Shown: positions 1-21,439 of the stretch, piece by piece
Position numbering within the stretch: the first letter of the stretch is position 1
How the letters are laid out: the number at the start of each line of letters is the position of its first letter
The notes under the pieces: model-generated
The model's input: only the letters and a program-made list of their open reading frames with translations
The model's database searches: none
Told to the model about the DNA's origin: nothing
Source of the DNA: the human T2T-CHM13v2.0 reference genome, Homo sapiens
Direction: 5' to 3' (one strand)
NCBI RefSeq assembly: GCF_009914755.1
Contig: NC_060925.1
Length of the DNA: 64,000 nt
Position numbers and translations under genes: made by a program

Positions 1-364
1 TCGAAGTGTTAATATGTCAGATACATGAAATATCATATATGTTTGATTTAGAAGCATTAGAACCTAGAATCCACTGTGTACCTGGTTGTTCAAATAATAT
101 TAATGATTTAGGCTGTTGTTAAATAAACAATTTGTGAATTTAACCATCACAAAAGTCAAGTGCAACACAAACGTCTGATAACCAAGCAATCTGCCTGGTT
201 TGGTCATGGAGTTGCTAACTAACTAAAATTTATTTGATTTTACAGTCATCTTTATTATTTAATTAGTTCAGTCATATAGCAATTGTCTGTTCTGTCAGGC
301 AAACTAGAAGTGCGAATCAATCACAAAATCTTCCACCTTCTCATTATATCTTAGACTCTATATT

Positions 365-480
365 GAATTCATTACTTATTTATTGAATGGCTACTATATT
401 CTTGATCATTTTCTAAGAACTGAGAATGTTAAATAAGGAATCTGCTTTCAAAGAGGTTATGGTTCCGCTGGGGAGACAAG
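365..480 (-). mobile_element. L2 LINE 3'-end fragment (old)
   Basis: ATTCATT..TATTTATTGAATGGCTACTAT..GGGGAGACA resembles the reverse complement of the L2 3' terminus; highly diverged. Confidence 0.4.
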
Positions 481-1297
481 TTTTACACAGATACCAAAAA
501 AGTTTTGTCTACAGTTTTGTTCAGGAATTATGGATATAGCAGAAGTTCCAGTTTGATTCTATAATTTAGGATGTTTTTTAGCACTTTAATAGAACTGCTA
601 CAAAGAGACAAAAGGAATCAATTTCTGAGACGGTCTTGGGAGTTGCCTAAGAAATACGAGAATGGATTTCATCTGTTTTGGGGGGAATTTTTATTTTGCT
701 CTAATATTTGAGTTCTTGGTGGGAAGAAGGAAAGAAAGAAATAATATATAATATGGGTTTATCTAAATTTAGAATCCCGCAGTATACCCAGGTACTCATA
801 TCTGTGCTATAGGGAGACAAAGGCTACAAGAAGATGCCAAGTGTGCTAATTTCATGTTGCTCGGTGGTCATGGGGACACAAGCAAGATGCACAAAAAAGT
901 GGCACAACATGAGAGAGAGGAACCATCTTTCTTTTGTTGTTGTTGTTGTTAAAAACAGCTAGGCTTTGATACATCCAAAATTCATCACTCATAGTGCTTC
1001 TTTTCACTTTAACAGTTTGCTCTTTTCAACGTCATCAGGAGGCAGAACCCTTGGGATAGTCAGTGACATTGTGATTTCATTCTCAATAGCCACGATGATG
1101 AGGTACCATGTTCAAGTGTTTTTGAGAGCAGGCCAGAATAAAAGAACACGAAAAGACTAACCTGAGATCACTTATGTAGCCCACGAGAATTAAAGCAGGA
1201 ATGGAGCCAGGAAATCCTTCATTTTTCAATTGGGGGCATTGAAAGTTTTAAATGATGAGTTATTAATCGTAGTAGGATATTACCATAAATTACATAG

Positions 1298-1380
1298 ATA
1301 TATATATATGTGTGTGTGTGTGTGTATGTGTGTGTATATATATATGTGTGTGTGCTTGTGTGTATATCTGTGTTTATGTA
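1298..1380. repeat. compound (TA)n/(TG)n microsatellite
   Basis: directly visible alternating TA and TG runs. Confidence 0.9.
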
Positions 1381-1466
1381 TCTACAATAGTTGAAAATAG
1401 TCTATAATCAAGACATTCTTCCTGTTATAAGCTCCATCTGAAGATAAGCTACATGTGCACTTAGGG

Positions 1467-1499
1467 GTGTGTGTGCGTGTGTGTGTGCGTGTGTGTGTG
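1467..1499. repeat. (TG)n microsatellite with GC interruptions
   Basis: gtgtgtgtgcgtgtgtgtgtgcgtgtgtgtgtg. Confidence 0.9.
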
Positions 1500-1713
1500 A
1501 ATGTGTTTTCCACAATATTATTTGTAAAGCCAGTCTCCAATTCTTGATTCAGTTTGACTACATAGGTATGTCCATACTTCTTCTATTGCAATTATTGATA
1601 GATAAATATTTCAGTTACAGTTTCTTAGTTTATGTATTGATACAACCACGTCTGTTCTACAAATTGATGACATCCTTTGCTGAAAGTTCCCTAAAATGAT
1701 TTATCTACTATGA

Positions 1714-8826
<7,113 letters not shown>

Positions 8827-9789
8827 AAAAATGTAAAAACCACCTTCTTCATATTTCAAAAGAATATTTTGAAGAATCCTATTGGCAGATATAGAAAATA
8901 ATGCATTATGACTAAATATTAAATTCCTTAATACAAAAATACTAAATTTTAATGTTCTATTTAATGGGAGCAAAATTTTCCCTGATTTGTCAAGAAAATG
9001 CATTAGTCTAGTGATTAGACTGAACATAACACAATGATTCAATGAAGTACAAACTCTTATCAGTTGCAGTGTGTCCGTGGTTTTCATAGTTTGCATTTGA
9101 CAACTTTTCTGCTGCAAACATATGCCAAATTAATGGTTTTATAGCCTTTTACTTGAATCCTGATCAAAGAAAACAATCTGATCTTGTTTTCTTAGCTTGA
9201 ACTGTCATTAGTGTTTCACATATTAAAAAAACAAAAATTGGGGGCCTTGGAAGCCATCATGAAAGTAACAAGTGAGGTTCAAAGCAGTCATCTACTTTAC
9301 TTCAATGAACATATTCTTCTGAGCTTACTACCTTGGCATTTATTATTAAAAATTTACAAGCTGAAAGGTATTGAGGACTCTGCTAAAATCTTAGAAATAC
9401 TGATACTGTATTTTATACTCTTTATCACACTAAATTCATATGCCACTAAAGAGTCTAGTGGTCTATAATTGATATATTTTACTATGAGAAAAGCATTTTT
9501 CGAGATTCTGTGCAATCTGCATAAAACAGACTTCCTTGAAATATCCGAGTTGTTTTTCAGCTCAAGTGAGGTAAAGAAATTATATTACCCAGTAAAAAAT
9601 ACTTTTAAATATTCCAATTTACCTATGAATAAAGCACAGCATTTTTGTATAGGGTACATCACCAAGCCATGTCTGCCTCAATAGCTTCATCTCTTCACTT
9701 ACGCGGCACACTTCAGAGCTGAAAAACAACCCTCTGTTTCTCATCTCACACTTTTCTTCATCCAAATTTGTTCTTTTCCTTAACCAACT

Positions 9790-10125
9790 TCTGTTTATGT
9801 TTCAAGTCTCACTGACCTTAAGGGTCTTCTTATCATGGACCCTTCCCTGACCCCAAACTAATCCTTCCACCTATCAGAAAGACCTGTCTCTATATCTGTT
9901 CCCTGCATTACATCACGCCATTCCCCTCCCCCACCACCTCTGCCCCTGCAAAATGTATCCCTGTCATTGAATTCATAGCCCTGTGTTGAATTTTTCTTGA
10001 CTTTCTGTATTTCTCTCTAGTCTGTAAACTATTCAGTGTCAAGGATTACATACTATTCAGTTTTGTATCCCACACAGAGATTCAGTCATTTAGTAGAGTT
10101 TCCCTAAAAGTTTGTTTAATTTAAA
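9790..10125 (+). mobile_element. L2 3'-end fragment
   Basis: ctagtctgtaaact..tattcagttttgtatccca..tagtag..tttgttta matches the L2 3' terminus pattern. Confidence 0.5.
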
Positions 10126-10299
10126 TTACCTCAGGAAAGCTGTTTGCTATGATAAATAATGGAGGAATTATTTTTTAAACTATATCAAAGACTGGTAAAC
10201 TAATTGTTAATAGGATTATGTTTTGACTATGACAAACTATATTTCATACTCTTTAATGTGAAATTTACTAAGTCAAGTGTTAACCTTGCCCACTGTTTA

Positions 10300-10700
10300 T
10301 TGAAGGACAACTCCCATTCTACTCCAGTCTACATGGTTCAAGTAAATTTGACCCAATCTCTTGGCTCACAGGTTGAATACAAGATCTAGGTCTCTCTAAT
10401 TGGGGTATTCCATCCTGTTCCACACCCTGGTCTCAATTACTCATTTATTCAGGAATGGGCAGTGGGTCAAGATAGCTCAATCAAACTTTTCCTAAGATTT
10501 CAGTTGTAAGTATGAGACAAAAGGCTTTCTTACACTAGTACAACAAGCTGTAAATTATTTGAGGCTAAAGGATTGTGTAAGCCCAAAATTTTCAAGGAGT
10601 ATTTCTACGGCTACATAGATACCTGACAATGTAACTGACCCAGAGGACACTACAAACAGGATAGAGACTGAGTATTCCATATCAAACAACACATACAACC
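10300..10700. mobile_element. old ERVL-class LTR fragment (LTR16/LTR33-like)
   Basis: ttcaggaatgggcagtgggtcaag..ctcaatcaaacttttcctaagattt resembles the GGGATGGGCATGTGACCCAA..CCAATCAGA core of these LTRs. Confidence 0.3.
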
Positions 10701-11405
10701 CCGTGATCTCTACTGACTAGACTAGGTGGAAATCTGTCTTATGGGCAATCTAAAGTAGATAAATTTCAGATGGCATACAAGGGAGAGGTCTCTGGCCAAA
10801 CAGCCTAGCCAGTAATAAACTCTTTTTCAGAATTTTAATTAAAAAATAAAAACAGATAAACACAAATCATTATAATAGCTAGGGCTGCAAGGATGCACAC
10901 AAAGGGTCCAGGAGGCAAGAGGAGTTATGGCAAGCCAGGAAAAAACATAAACAGAAGCTAAGCAGTAAATAAAAGGTACTCAAAGCATGAAGAGAGGCCA
11001 TTTGCAAAAAAGAAGAAAAGTGAGAACAAAACAATTGTTAACAGTGATAAAGTATTTATACTATGCCCACGCTGTCTTCTAATTATTTTAAGAAGATTAT
11101 CTCATTTGATATTATATCATATTGCTAATATTCTTCTAAATTTCCTGCATTCATTTATTTGCTTAATAATTTAATGCATTATTATTGAGCTCATTCTGAG
11201 ACCATAGAGATAATAAAGGGGGAAAATGATAAAAGGTCTTTGATATCTTGGAGCTTATGCCTAGTCATCCTATATTAATAAAGTCTAACACACTACCAGG
11301 TATAGTAAACTATTAACTGGTGAAGAGATATTGAATAAAGTAAAAAGGGAAGACATTTGACCATGTGCCAGAGCTTCAAGAAGTGTGCTCATCTCTTTGA
11401 CGTAG

Positions 11406-11702
<297 letters not shown>

Positions 11703-13001
11703 TGACATAATTTTTCTCCGTTAAGTCACACAGCTTCACCATGAGGAATGAAACAGACATACGTGCAGGTTTTCTAATACATCTTTTAATTCTGAGTAGA
11801 GAAAACCTAAAATGACTTTTTGTGTGTGTGTAAAACTGGCTCATGATAGAGTGAAAACGAAATGGCAATTTAAGAGAATATTTCCATCACTGTAAATTTA
11901 TGGTAGACTGATATATAATATATAAACTAAAATATTATATATATATTTTAGACTGAGATACTTGAGTAAAACTTTGGCATTGCCTTTAACAGAGGTTATA
12001 TAAATGAATTTAGTGAGTTAGAAAAAAAGACTAATTATTAGGTGTGAAAATCATTTTATGTTGCTTATAATGTTTGAAATTAATTTTTTCTATCATTCAA
12101 TACTTCTGATTTTCTGAGAATAGCCTTTTGATTTTAACCAGTTTATAAAAATAACAAATTACTCTTCATTTTCAGTAGTTTAGATTTCCATTTACAATTT
12201 GAGTCTGATAGACTATAAATTGACTGTGATAGACTTAGGTCACAGTTAAAAAGTTATCTTCTTCAGGTTCAGTAATTTATTTACTAACAGTTATGAATAT
12301 TTGTACACTCAGAGTGTTATTTCAAAACTTTTAGGCAGTAAACTAAATCTTCTAATACATTCAGTTAAATGATTGTTTAACTAACGATGATTATTTACTT
12401 TTTATTTAACTAGGTGTTATTTGACCTTTATTATAGTATAAATTACACAAAACATCATAAATTGGTGAGGAGATTAAAGATAGCAAGATACATTCAAATC
12501 TTCATTAGACATAAATATACTACCAGAACAGTTTGTCATTTTGTTTAAATAATGTCTTTGTCTATAGATGTATTACATATTTATCTGACTTAGGGCAACT
12601 GACACCTTTAAACATAGAAGAAGGCTTTCTTATTTTAATAGTAAGAAAAGTAGAAGGACTTGCAGTTCTTACAAAGGAAAGTTTTAAGGAAATGTAAAAT
12701 AGAGAAATACATATGGTAGAAGTGATTTCATCAATAAATGCAATAGCTCCACTAAATTAATATGTTTTACAAACTTCCATGCACACTAGAAAAAATCTCA
12801 TTCCAAGCCAAAGTTGCATTAAAATAATTATTACATTTAATCATGCATTTAGATTTTCACGGAATAAGACACGGATTTTGTAAAGAAAGTGTGGATTTAT
12901 GGATCTCTCTCTCCTATACTCTGTTGATACTTTCTATATAGTTCTATTATATTCTACAATTATAACACACTAGTAAAAATAAGCAACTAAATTTACCTTA
13001 C

Positions 13002-13111
13002 CTGTATGTCAATGCTGCACAAATTTGTTCCTTGCCATTGACTAGACATGTATCATGACATGAAAACACTCCAAAATACTTTAGGGTATCTGTTTTGAAG
13101 GCACTATTTTC
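13002..13111 (-). other. candidate 110-bp internal exon of an unidentified minus-strand transcript
   Basis: minus-strand acceptor tgcattttatgttttag|G and donor CAG|gtaagg; lies in non-repeat sequence; one frame open (ENSAFKTDTLKYFGVFSCHDTCLVNGKEQICAALTY); peptide not recognised. Confidence 0.4.
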
Positions 13112-13744
13112 CTAAAACATAAAATGCACATTTCCTCTGAAAGAACTATTTGTATCATTTTCTTTTTCTGGAATCCATTTCTTTCCATGTTGAAACAGGT
13201 TCTAAAATGTAGTACTTTAGAGCCATAAGGGAACTTATTTTATCAGAATTATTCATTTATCAGTACTTCTTTGGGGCAAGAATTATTTAATAAATGTGCT
13301 AATTTTGAATACTATTTCATGTCTAAACATCTGCAAGCCAATGGGTCCAGGTAACTCCCAAGACCCATAACACCTATTCAAATCTATTTCTTTGCATGCT
13401 ATTTGTTGATTTGCCTTTGTAAGTTTGTCATTAATTTCCAGTGTCAGCTTTCATAAATTAGCACAGCCCTCCAAGATTCTAGACTCCTACCTTTGTTCAA
13501 CCTCTCTACATAGACCTAGTTTTTGCGTAGCAAGTGTCATGTTAACACTGGATACCTATCAATGTGTGAACAGTAGAGGTGAATAATGACTTTGAGATAA
13601 TTAAACTATTTTTTTCTGTTCTTTTACCCCCCAACAGATTCTCACCTATAGTTGTCAACTCTGGGAAAGACCAGACATATTGAAAAGTACAAATAGCCCA
13701 TAATCACCCTGACTGTTGTGATCAAAGCCTATGAGCAAACACCA

Positions 13745-14190
13745 CGCAAAAATAACGCAGTGCTAGCCATATATGTAATTTAAATGTTCTCACCACTAAA
13801 AATAAGTTGTTGTGGTGATGGATATGTTAATTAGCTTTGTTGAATCTTTCTACAATGTATACATAGATCGAAACATCACATTGTATCCCATAAATATACA
13901 ATTATAATTTATCAATTAAATAAATTAAAAATAAATATATCATAGTCACATTTAAACAAGTAAAAGCAAGTGAAATTATTTTTGATAATACATTTATGTA
14001 ATTCAAATATATACAATATTATCATTAGCATTTCAACACAAATTCATATTTTAAAAAACAATGAGATATTTTGCATTCTTTTTTTACTAAGACTTTGAAA
14101 TCTGGGGTATACTTTACCCCTACAGAACATCTTAATTCATATCAGCCACATTTGAAAGACATGAGCTAGTGACTACCCAGTCAAACAGTT
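13745..14190 (+). mobile_element. MER33 (hAT-Charlie) DNA transposon, split by an L1 fragment
   Basis: agccatatatgtaatt..gtcacattt..gtgaaattattttt..aatgagatattttgcattctttt..ctaagactttgaaatc..agccacattt..gctagtgactacc follows the MER33 consensus. Confidence 0.75.
13782..13935 (+). mobile_element. short L1MA-type 3'-end insertion inside MER33
   Basis: tgttctcaccac..ggtgatggatatgttaattagc..aaacatcacattgtatcccataaatatacaatt followed by an A-rich tail. Confidence 0.7.
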
Positions 14191-14986
14191 TAGGCCTAAA
14201 CCTTTAGATTTACTTGTTATAAGTTTGGGAGAAGGAGGATAAGAGAGCTGAATTTCCTCCAAGAATAAAAGACCTTCCCAAGCAGAGTTACCGAGGACGC
14301 AGCACAGCCCTAGAGAAGGAATCATTGTAGATGGGATTATAAATAGATTTGTATGAAAGAATGTAGAAATTGAAAAAAGAGCCCTGTGTTCTCTGTTCAT
14401 AGCCCAAGAGAAGCCAATAGAACTTCTGAAACTGAAAGGGCCTTTTAGGCAAGGAACAGGAAAACCTCTCAGCTTCTCTATGTCAATCAAAGACCAGCTA
14501 CGTGCACTATCCTCACAACACCTAATTATAGGGCATATCTTCTTTTCCTGAACCTTAGCACAAGTTTTGTAATTGGGGCGATGGCAAGACTGATATGGCT
14601 AACACTTATAACGACTGAATTTATTTTTCCAATATTCCAGCAGAATGAGCCTTGATTAGAAATTACATTGAAATGCATAACTTATAAATTATTTTTATAG
14701 TCTTCTATTAATATTTATTATATATGTGAATTACTTGTTTGTTTAGCATGTCAAATAACACTGAAAGTTATGGAATGGTTAAAATTCCTGGGAATGTTAC
14801 ACAATATAAATTTATATTTTTTGTCACTTTATCTCAACCTGAAATTCAGAAAATTTTTCCTCAGGCTATTTCTGGAAGCTCCTGGGGATAACTCATTAAT
14901 ATTATCAACTACCACATTTTTCTTTCTCATTTCTTCTATCCTCCTCTATTTTTCTTTAAAAAAAATGTTTCTGCATGCATCTGGTT

Positions 14987-15245
14987 GGCAGTATAACATG
15001 ATAGCAAGCATAGGCTCTGGAGTCAAATTGCACTAGTACAACACACACCTTTACTGCTTTGAAACTGTATGGCCTTTCAGATCAAGTATTTAACCTAAGT
15101 TTTCAGTTTTCTCATCTGCAATGGTCAGTTAAAAAGAGTTCTCCATAAACAAGTTGTGGTAAAGATTAAGTGAGATGATGAATTTGAAATTGCTTACAAC
15201 AGTGATTGACAATTAATATGTACTTAATAAATTATAGCTAGTCTT
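14987..15245 (+). mobile_element. MIR SINE
   Basis: ggctctggagtca..cagttttctcatctg..gttgtggtaaagattaagtgaga..ttaataaattatagcta MIR core and tail. Confidence 0.75.
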
Positions 15246-15624
15246 ATTAGACCTGCTCATCAAAGATGTTAATGCCAATATTGTGGTATAGATCTGAAGG
15301 AATGGAGATCCCTCTGCGAAGCTCCAAAATCATTATTCCCTGTTGCCTGCCCAATCTTTCTTCACCAAAACAGCCAGAAATTATTACCTTACTGAGTCAA
15401 TCTAAGATGTCTTTCATTCTAAGACACACTGCCAACTTAACAATGACACAATAATTTTTTATCACATAAAATATTTTAAATAATTATTCATAGAGGCTTT
15501 TGAACTTTAGATGTAGATTTTTATCATGTATTTTACTTGTGCCCACATAAAATAAATGTGAAAAGCAAAATCGATGGGTTAAGGTATTTTTAAGACTTTT
15601 TCACATTTGAAGTTCTACTCTTTC

Positions 15625-15975
15625 TGTTTTGTTTTTAAGTTAAGGTGAAATTCACATAACATAAAATTGACAATTTAAAATTTACATTTTGTATTTTAAC
15701 CATGTTATACAATCCTCACCTCTGTGAAGTCCCAAAATGCTGTCTTCATCCCTAAGATAGCACCCAGACCCATTAAACAGTCACTATCCATTCCGACCAC
15801 CTCATGTTCCTGCTTCCCACCTCTGTGGATTTATCTACAATATGTGACCTTTGGCGACCAGCTTTGAGACTGGCTTCTTTACTTGGCAAAATGTTTTTGA
15901 GGGTCATTCACATTGTTGCGTGTACTAATGCTTCATTTCTTTTTACGGCTGAATAATATTCCATTGCATAGTCCT
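15625..15975 (-). mobile_element. L1MB-type 3'-end fragment
   Basis: ggtgaaattcacataacataaaatt..cccattaaacagtcact..ctggcttctttactt..ggctgaataatattccattg. Confidence 0.7.
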
Positions 15976-18929
15976 CATCTTTTCAATTAGTTTTCAACTG
16001 AGGCATGGGTGTCTCAATTTTCCCATAAGAACATCATTCTCTGTATCTTCAGGACCACTGTTCATGCAACATTACATAATGAACCCTCCACTATTGTCCC
16101 TAGGATGCTCCTCCAAGCAACTGACATACATTCTGCAAGCTTTGATATTCATTCCTTGGCAATCACAACAATTTCACAATCGCTCTGTGATCTATTCTGT
16201 AAAGAATATCCTGATTTCAAAACTGTTAAATTTTTTTAAGTACATAGTATAATCAGCAAAATATGGTATTTTATATATAGCCATATAAAGAGATAAACAT
16301 ACATACAAACATAAACACACATATAACATGTGTATTCTATATCATAGTATAAAACATATTTCTTACTGTGGATTCAAGTTAAAGTGAAAGTCCTTTCTGA
16401 CCCTAGTTTCTCTTCCCTTAAAATAAACTCAAACATCATTTTATGCTAGCTATTCTTCAAAAATTTGGGACCTACATATCTAACTACACTTACACAGCCA
16501 TGAGTGTATACATTTTAATGAGAATATCTGTTAAGGCATCAAACTTCAATCTAATGCTATATATATTTTCTAATTTGCCTCATCCATTCTGTTTTGTGTT
16601 TCTGCTTTCTTAAATTAGCTTCCAAATTAAACATAGATATCTCTATTAAATAATTTGGAACACCAGGCAGAATAGAATTATCTTTCAGATCTTGGTAAAA
16701 ACAAAAACAAAAAAAATGATTAAAATACTGTGCACATAAAAATTTAAATAAACCAAATATATGAAACTTTGACTATTTCTTTGAAAATCTATTTTCCAAT
16801 AAAATTCTTGTATATTTCATTTAAAATAATTAGAAATGAATCCTAGTATACAAAATAGCAACCAAGAAAGAATACTGAAGTAATATAGTTCAGTAGCTTC
16901 AATTTACAAATGAAAACCTGAGTTCTAATGATAAGAAGTGCCTCACCAAAAAACCAAAATTAATATGTAGCTGTCATAACTAGAACATTGATGATCTGAC
17001 ATTTACTTCTATCCATTAAGCTTCAAAAATTCTGATACTTAATTTAAAATTCTTTTTTACTAATATATTGTAATTTTGAAGATTATTATCATATAAACCT
17101 AACAAAAATTCCAAAAATCTAAATAACTGAAATATTATTCATAATTTGTCTAATCTATTGTATTTATATTACTCTTCATACCGTTTACTCTTTTCAAATA
17201 TAATTATAAAATTAAAATGGAATTTCAAAGCTTAATAATGATGGCTAATGTATCACATTGTAAAAAGAAACAAATCAGGTTGCTTAAACATGAGCTTTAA
17301 GTCTCATGATAAAATATCTGACCTGAAAAATACATGGTTTCTCTGCTCACTTCCCCACAGGTCTTTCTGGTCTGAAGTGTTGAAATGGGTGTGATACTTT
17401 ATTTATTTTATTAAAATGAAAATAAAGCATTAGGCTTAATGTTTCTCTCACTTGCTATTTTATATTATTTTATATTTTACTTTGAATATGATTCCTATCA
17501 CAGTTTATTTTTCTCTTTTTTTCAACCTTTACTCCTGTTTTCACAAATTGGGCTAAATTATTTCATTACAAGTCCTAAATGGAATCATACAAATTTAGCC
17601 ATCTCCAAACATTTGCTACATGCAGCTGGACTTGTGTAGCCCAGACTAGCTTTTAAGAACCCACACACACATGCACACATACAAACAGGTCAAACCGAAA
17701 TGAATGGAGCTATTCATGGAAGTAGAGAAGGAGCTATGCAAACTTTGAAAGAACTGTTGTACCATGTATACATATTCTACCACATTTACAGTCTTTATTT
17801 GTGGAGTGCAAATCTTTCTGTCCAAAGGTTTACTGCATTTAGACTCTTATTCATTATTCACAATTTCATATTCATTTTTTTTCTGGGAAATGATAGTAGT
17901 TTGAATATTTAGCTTGCCCTCCATATGAAAATAAACATCATGGTTAGCACACTCCCAGACAAGGCTAAAAGCAGCAATTGAGAGAGTTAAAACTGACAGT
18001 TGAATTCATAATTCATTCATTTAAATATATGGTTTTGAGACTTTAAACTGGGCCAGGTATTTCTTTCTTGCAAAAATTCATTTGTTGACAATATTTTGGA
18101 ATTTTTGTAGAATACAGAGGTCTGTCATCTGCTATGGTATAACAATTCTACAAAATTCTGAACAACTTTTTTTCCTAAAAGGATGGACAAATTCAGATGT
18201 GTGTTATCAAATTACTTTAAAACCTGAAGTAACATTTTAAAAGGGGTTCCTTATTTAAATATACATGTGTGACACTTGAATTGGTTTATAATTATTTGTT
18301 ATTTAAAAAAAAGGAAATGGAAATATTAGTCTGGGGTCTTTTCCCTAAATTTAACTTTATTTTGTTTATCATTCTCTGTTTTTCTTTCTTCATTCCAACC
18401 AAGTGATTATTTAACCCTTAGTAAAACAAGTAAATAATTCAGATATGCTGAATTTTAAAATTTAGAGCTAAATACCTCCAAGGGACTCATGGCTTCCCCT
18501 ACAGACACTTTTTGTACCTTTCCAAAGATCCTGTGTTCATGGCCATTTGCAACAGTTTCACTTACATAAATGCCAATTACTGTTCGTTTTGGACATTTTT
18601 TTTTTTTAGCAAATTTTATCTCAATAATATAATTAGTAAAACATGCTGAATTTTCAACCATTAATTTTTTCAGTATTTACAACTGTCTTGAAATACAAAT
18701 AAATTTCTCTGAGAGGATAATATTCAACAGTACAAAGAAATAAAAATGGTTGGGTTGTTTTGAAACCACAAGCATTTTGTATGATTAGAGGCCTTGGTAC
18801 AGTTTCATAAACTATTTTACTTTTCACATAGCCAAGAGATGATTTATTCCTTTTTTCTTCTAGAACACAAAAACATTACAATCAATTTTCATGTTAGGTT
18901 TCTAAAGTAATGACAAATGGCCTGTTCTG

Positions 18930-20030
18930 GGTTATTTCCACCTCTTCCTCTGGGACTCCAAGTACACGTAACTTAGGCCGCCTAATATTTGTCCCAGGCC
19001 ATCGTGGCTTTACTTATTTTAAAGTCTATTTTTTTCTTCACCTTGGACAGTCTCTACTGAATTTTGTTTATGCTTTTTGTTTTAGTTTTTGTTTTCGTTT
19101 TTGTACTGTCCAGTATGTTTTTAGCTCACTCATTGTTTTTTCTTGCTGTTTTTTAGTTTAGTTTTGTTTTGTTTCATTTTAGGTATTGTTTTTCTTTCAG
19201 TTCCAAAATTTCCTTTTGATTCTTTTGTAGATTCCATTTATTTACTGATATTCCTCATCTTTTTCACTCATATTTCCACCTTTCCCTTAAATCCTTAAGA
19301 AATGTTGTATAACTGTTTTCAAGTCCTTGTCTGTTAATTCCAACATCTCTGTCATTGTGACTTTCAGTATTCAGCCACTCAAGGAGGCATTGTAGGGTGT
19401 TGTCTTTGGAGATCTCTCCTCTCTTACCTCACAAATTCCAGCTGCTCAGCAGCTCTGAAATGCAATCTCTGCCTCAGTGAGACCTCTGTGCTTTACTTGG
19501 GCTCCACCTCCATGTATCATGGTTTGAAAAATTGTTTCCAGACAAAATCCATAAATGCATGGCCTGTGTCTTTTTCTTCTCTAAAAGATCAAAATACTAG
19601 GTTGCCTGTTTTCCAATGTCTATAAATAGTTGCTTAACATAGATTATTCAGTTTATAGTTTATGGTGGGAGTCTAATGATGTAACAATTATCATGTCAGC
19701 TTGGAGTGGAAGCCCAGAAATTTTAATTTTAATAGATACTGCCAGTTTACTTTCCTGAAGAATAAAGCAATTCATAACCCTATGAGTAATGTATAAGAGT
19801 ACCCATTTTTCTGAAAACTATCTAGCCATAGATCATTTGTCCTTTTAATTTTATGTTTTGTGGTGTCACTTTATTCAAATTTGCATTTCCCTAAAAACTC
19901 AAACATCTTTCTGTTGACTACACATTTACTTTACTCTGTATTACATGTTCATATATGTACTTTGCTCATTTTCTATTTTTTGATGGATTTGTAGGATCCT
20001 CATTGCACTATAACAATTCCTTCAATCTTA
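18930..20030 (-). mobile_element. old L1M/HAL1-type fragments
   Basis: ttcctctgggactcca..taggcc, aagtccttgtctgttaattccaacatct, cttggagtggaag (5'-end-like), ttgcatttccct..tttgctcattttctatt. Confidence 0.4.
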
Positions 20031-21439
20031 GTTTGACTATTCCATTATCTTCAAATTGTCAAAATATATATTTAGTTTACAATACATAAAATTTTGCTTA
20101 ATTGTATTCATGTGTATTTATTCACAAATTAATTATAATCAAAGACCATATACTGCATCTAACACTGTACATTATATTTAATCAATAAACTGTTAAGCAA
20201 TTTCTTCTGGTTTGTTAGAGACCATTTTGAGGTAATTAATAATAATTTTAAAATAACTTTTCCACAGTAATACCATTTGCTACAGTGAAGTGATGATTTA
20301 ATATTAAGTCTACTACAGCTTCCAAAAGAACCCAGTGACACTCCCAAAAATTGGCTGAGCCACTTGGAAAAACTGACCATTCTATATAAACTAGTGTATT
20401 TGAAGTAGGTAGTTTTAATGGCCTGTGATTCACTCAGCTTACCATAGTATACAAGAGTTACCTATTTCTTTTAAAAATATTTTGTTTAAACTGGAATGGA
20501 GGAGTAGAGCCTAAATTAATTAACATAAAAATCTGTCCAGATTCTGCCTTGTGGTAGGCATGAACTGAATAGTATGTCATGTTTCCATTATTTAGCTAAA
20601 ATTTCTGTTTTTATTATTATTTGTCTGATTTCACAGTAAGCTGTAAAACTATTTATTGCCAAAAGTTACCTACCAAGTTGTAATGCCTCATATGGGACAC
20701 ATGTCAAATCATTACTGTCAAGTATTTCAATAATAATAAGTCAGTTGAGATTTAAATGTATGAGCCTTCTTTGATAGATATACTAGATTAAGTCAAGCTG
20801 AGACAGCTAAAATTATGATAAAATAATAGAAAAGATAATTATACGATCCAATAAGCAAACTAAACTATAAAATCATCAACCATATAAAAATATATGTCTG
20901 GAGAGACATGCATGAAAATCAAAATCAAAAGGCTAAATATGACAGATGTGAAGCATTTTATTTCAACAAATACGTTAGAGCTAAAATGATAAAAAACAAA
21001 CATGGTTCTTTCCTCAACACAGCCTGACGAAAGAGATAGATATATATACCAATAACAAGAATATAATTGTATTTCTTTAGAATACACTTATCTAATTTCT
21101 ATTTGTTGATTAGTGTTTTGGTTGGGTGGTGAAAGAGAATCAGCTTTAGCACTTTTCCTTGAAGAAACAGTTCTATGTGAAATTAACGTTTGATATGTAA
21201 TCCCTAAAAGAAGCATGGCCCAATGCATGTCAAGGGAGAAGAAAAGGGAATAAGAGTAAAATTAAGTAAAATATGTGAATACTTAATCTGCATGCCATTG
21301 TTCCAATTGTACCATTGCCCAGCAAAATTATTTGAATGAATGTATTTACTCTTCACAAAAACTTTATTACAAAATTACTCTCGTAAATTGAGGAAGATAA
21401 TACAGGCTTAAGGATATCCAGTGAATTATACAAGATTAT

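Noticed and set aside
1016-1102. 87-bp plus-strand exon candidate (ttttcactttaacag .. GAG|gtacca)
   Set aside because: Good acceptor but weak donor, an unrecognised peptide and no partner exons
18099-18158. gaatttttgtagaat / attctacaaaattc inverted repeat
   Set aside because: Only 11 bp match exactly, in very AT-rich sequence; not distinguishable from background
18420-18655. tagtaaaaca and atgctgaatttt repeated about 200 bp apart, possible TSD
   Set aside because: No properly placed poly(A) or recognisable insert; short AT-rich matches may be chance
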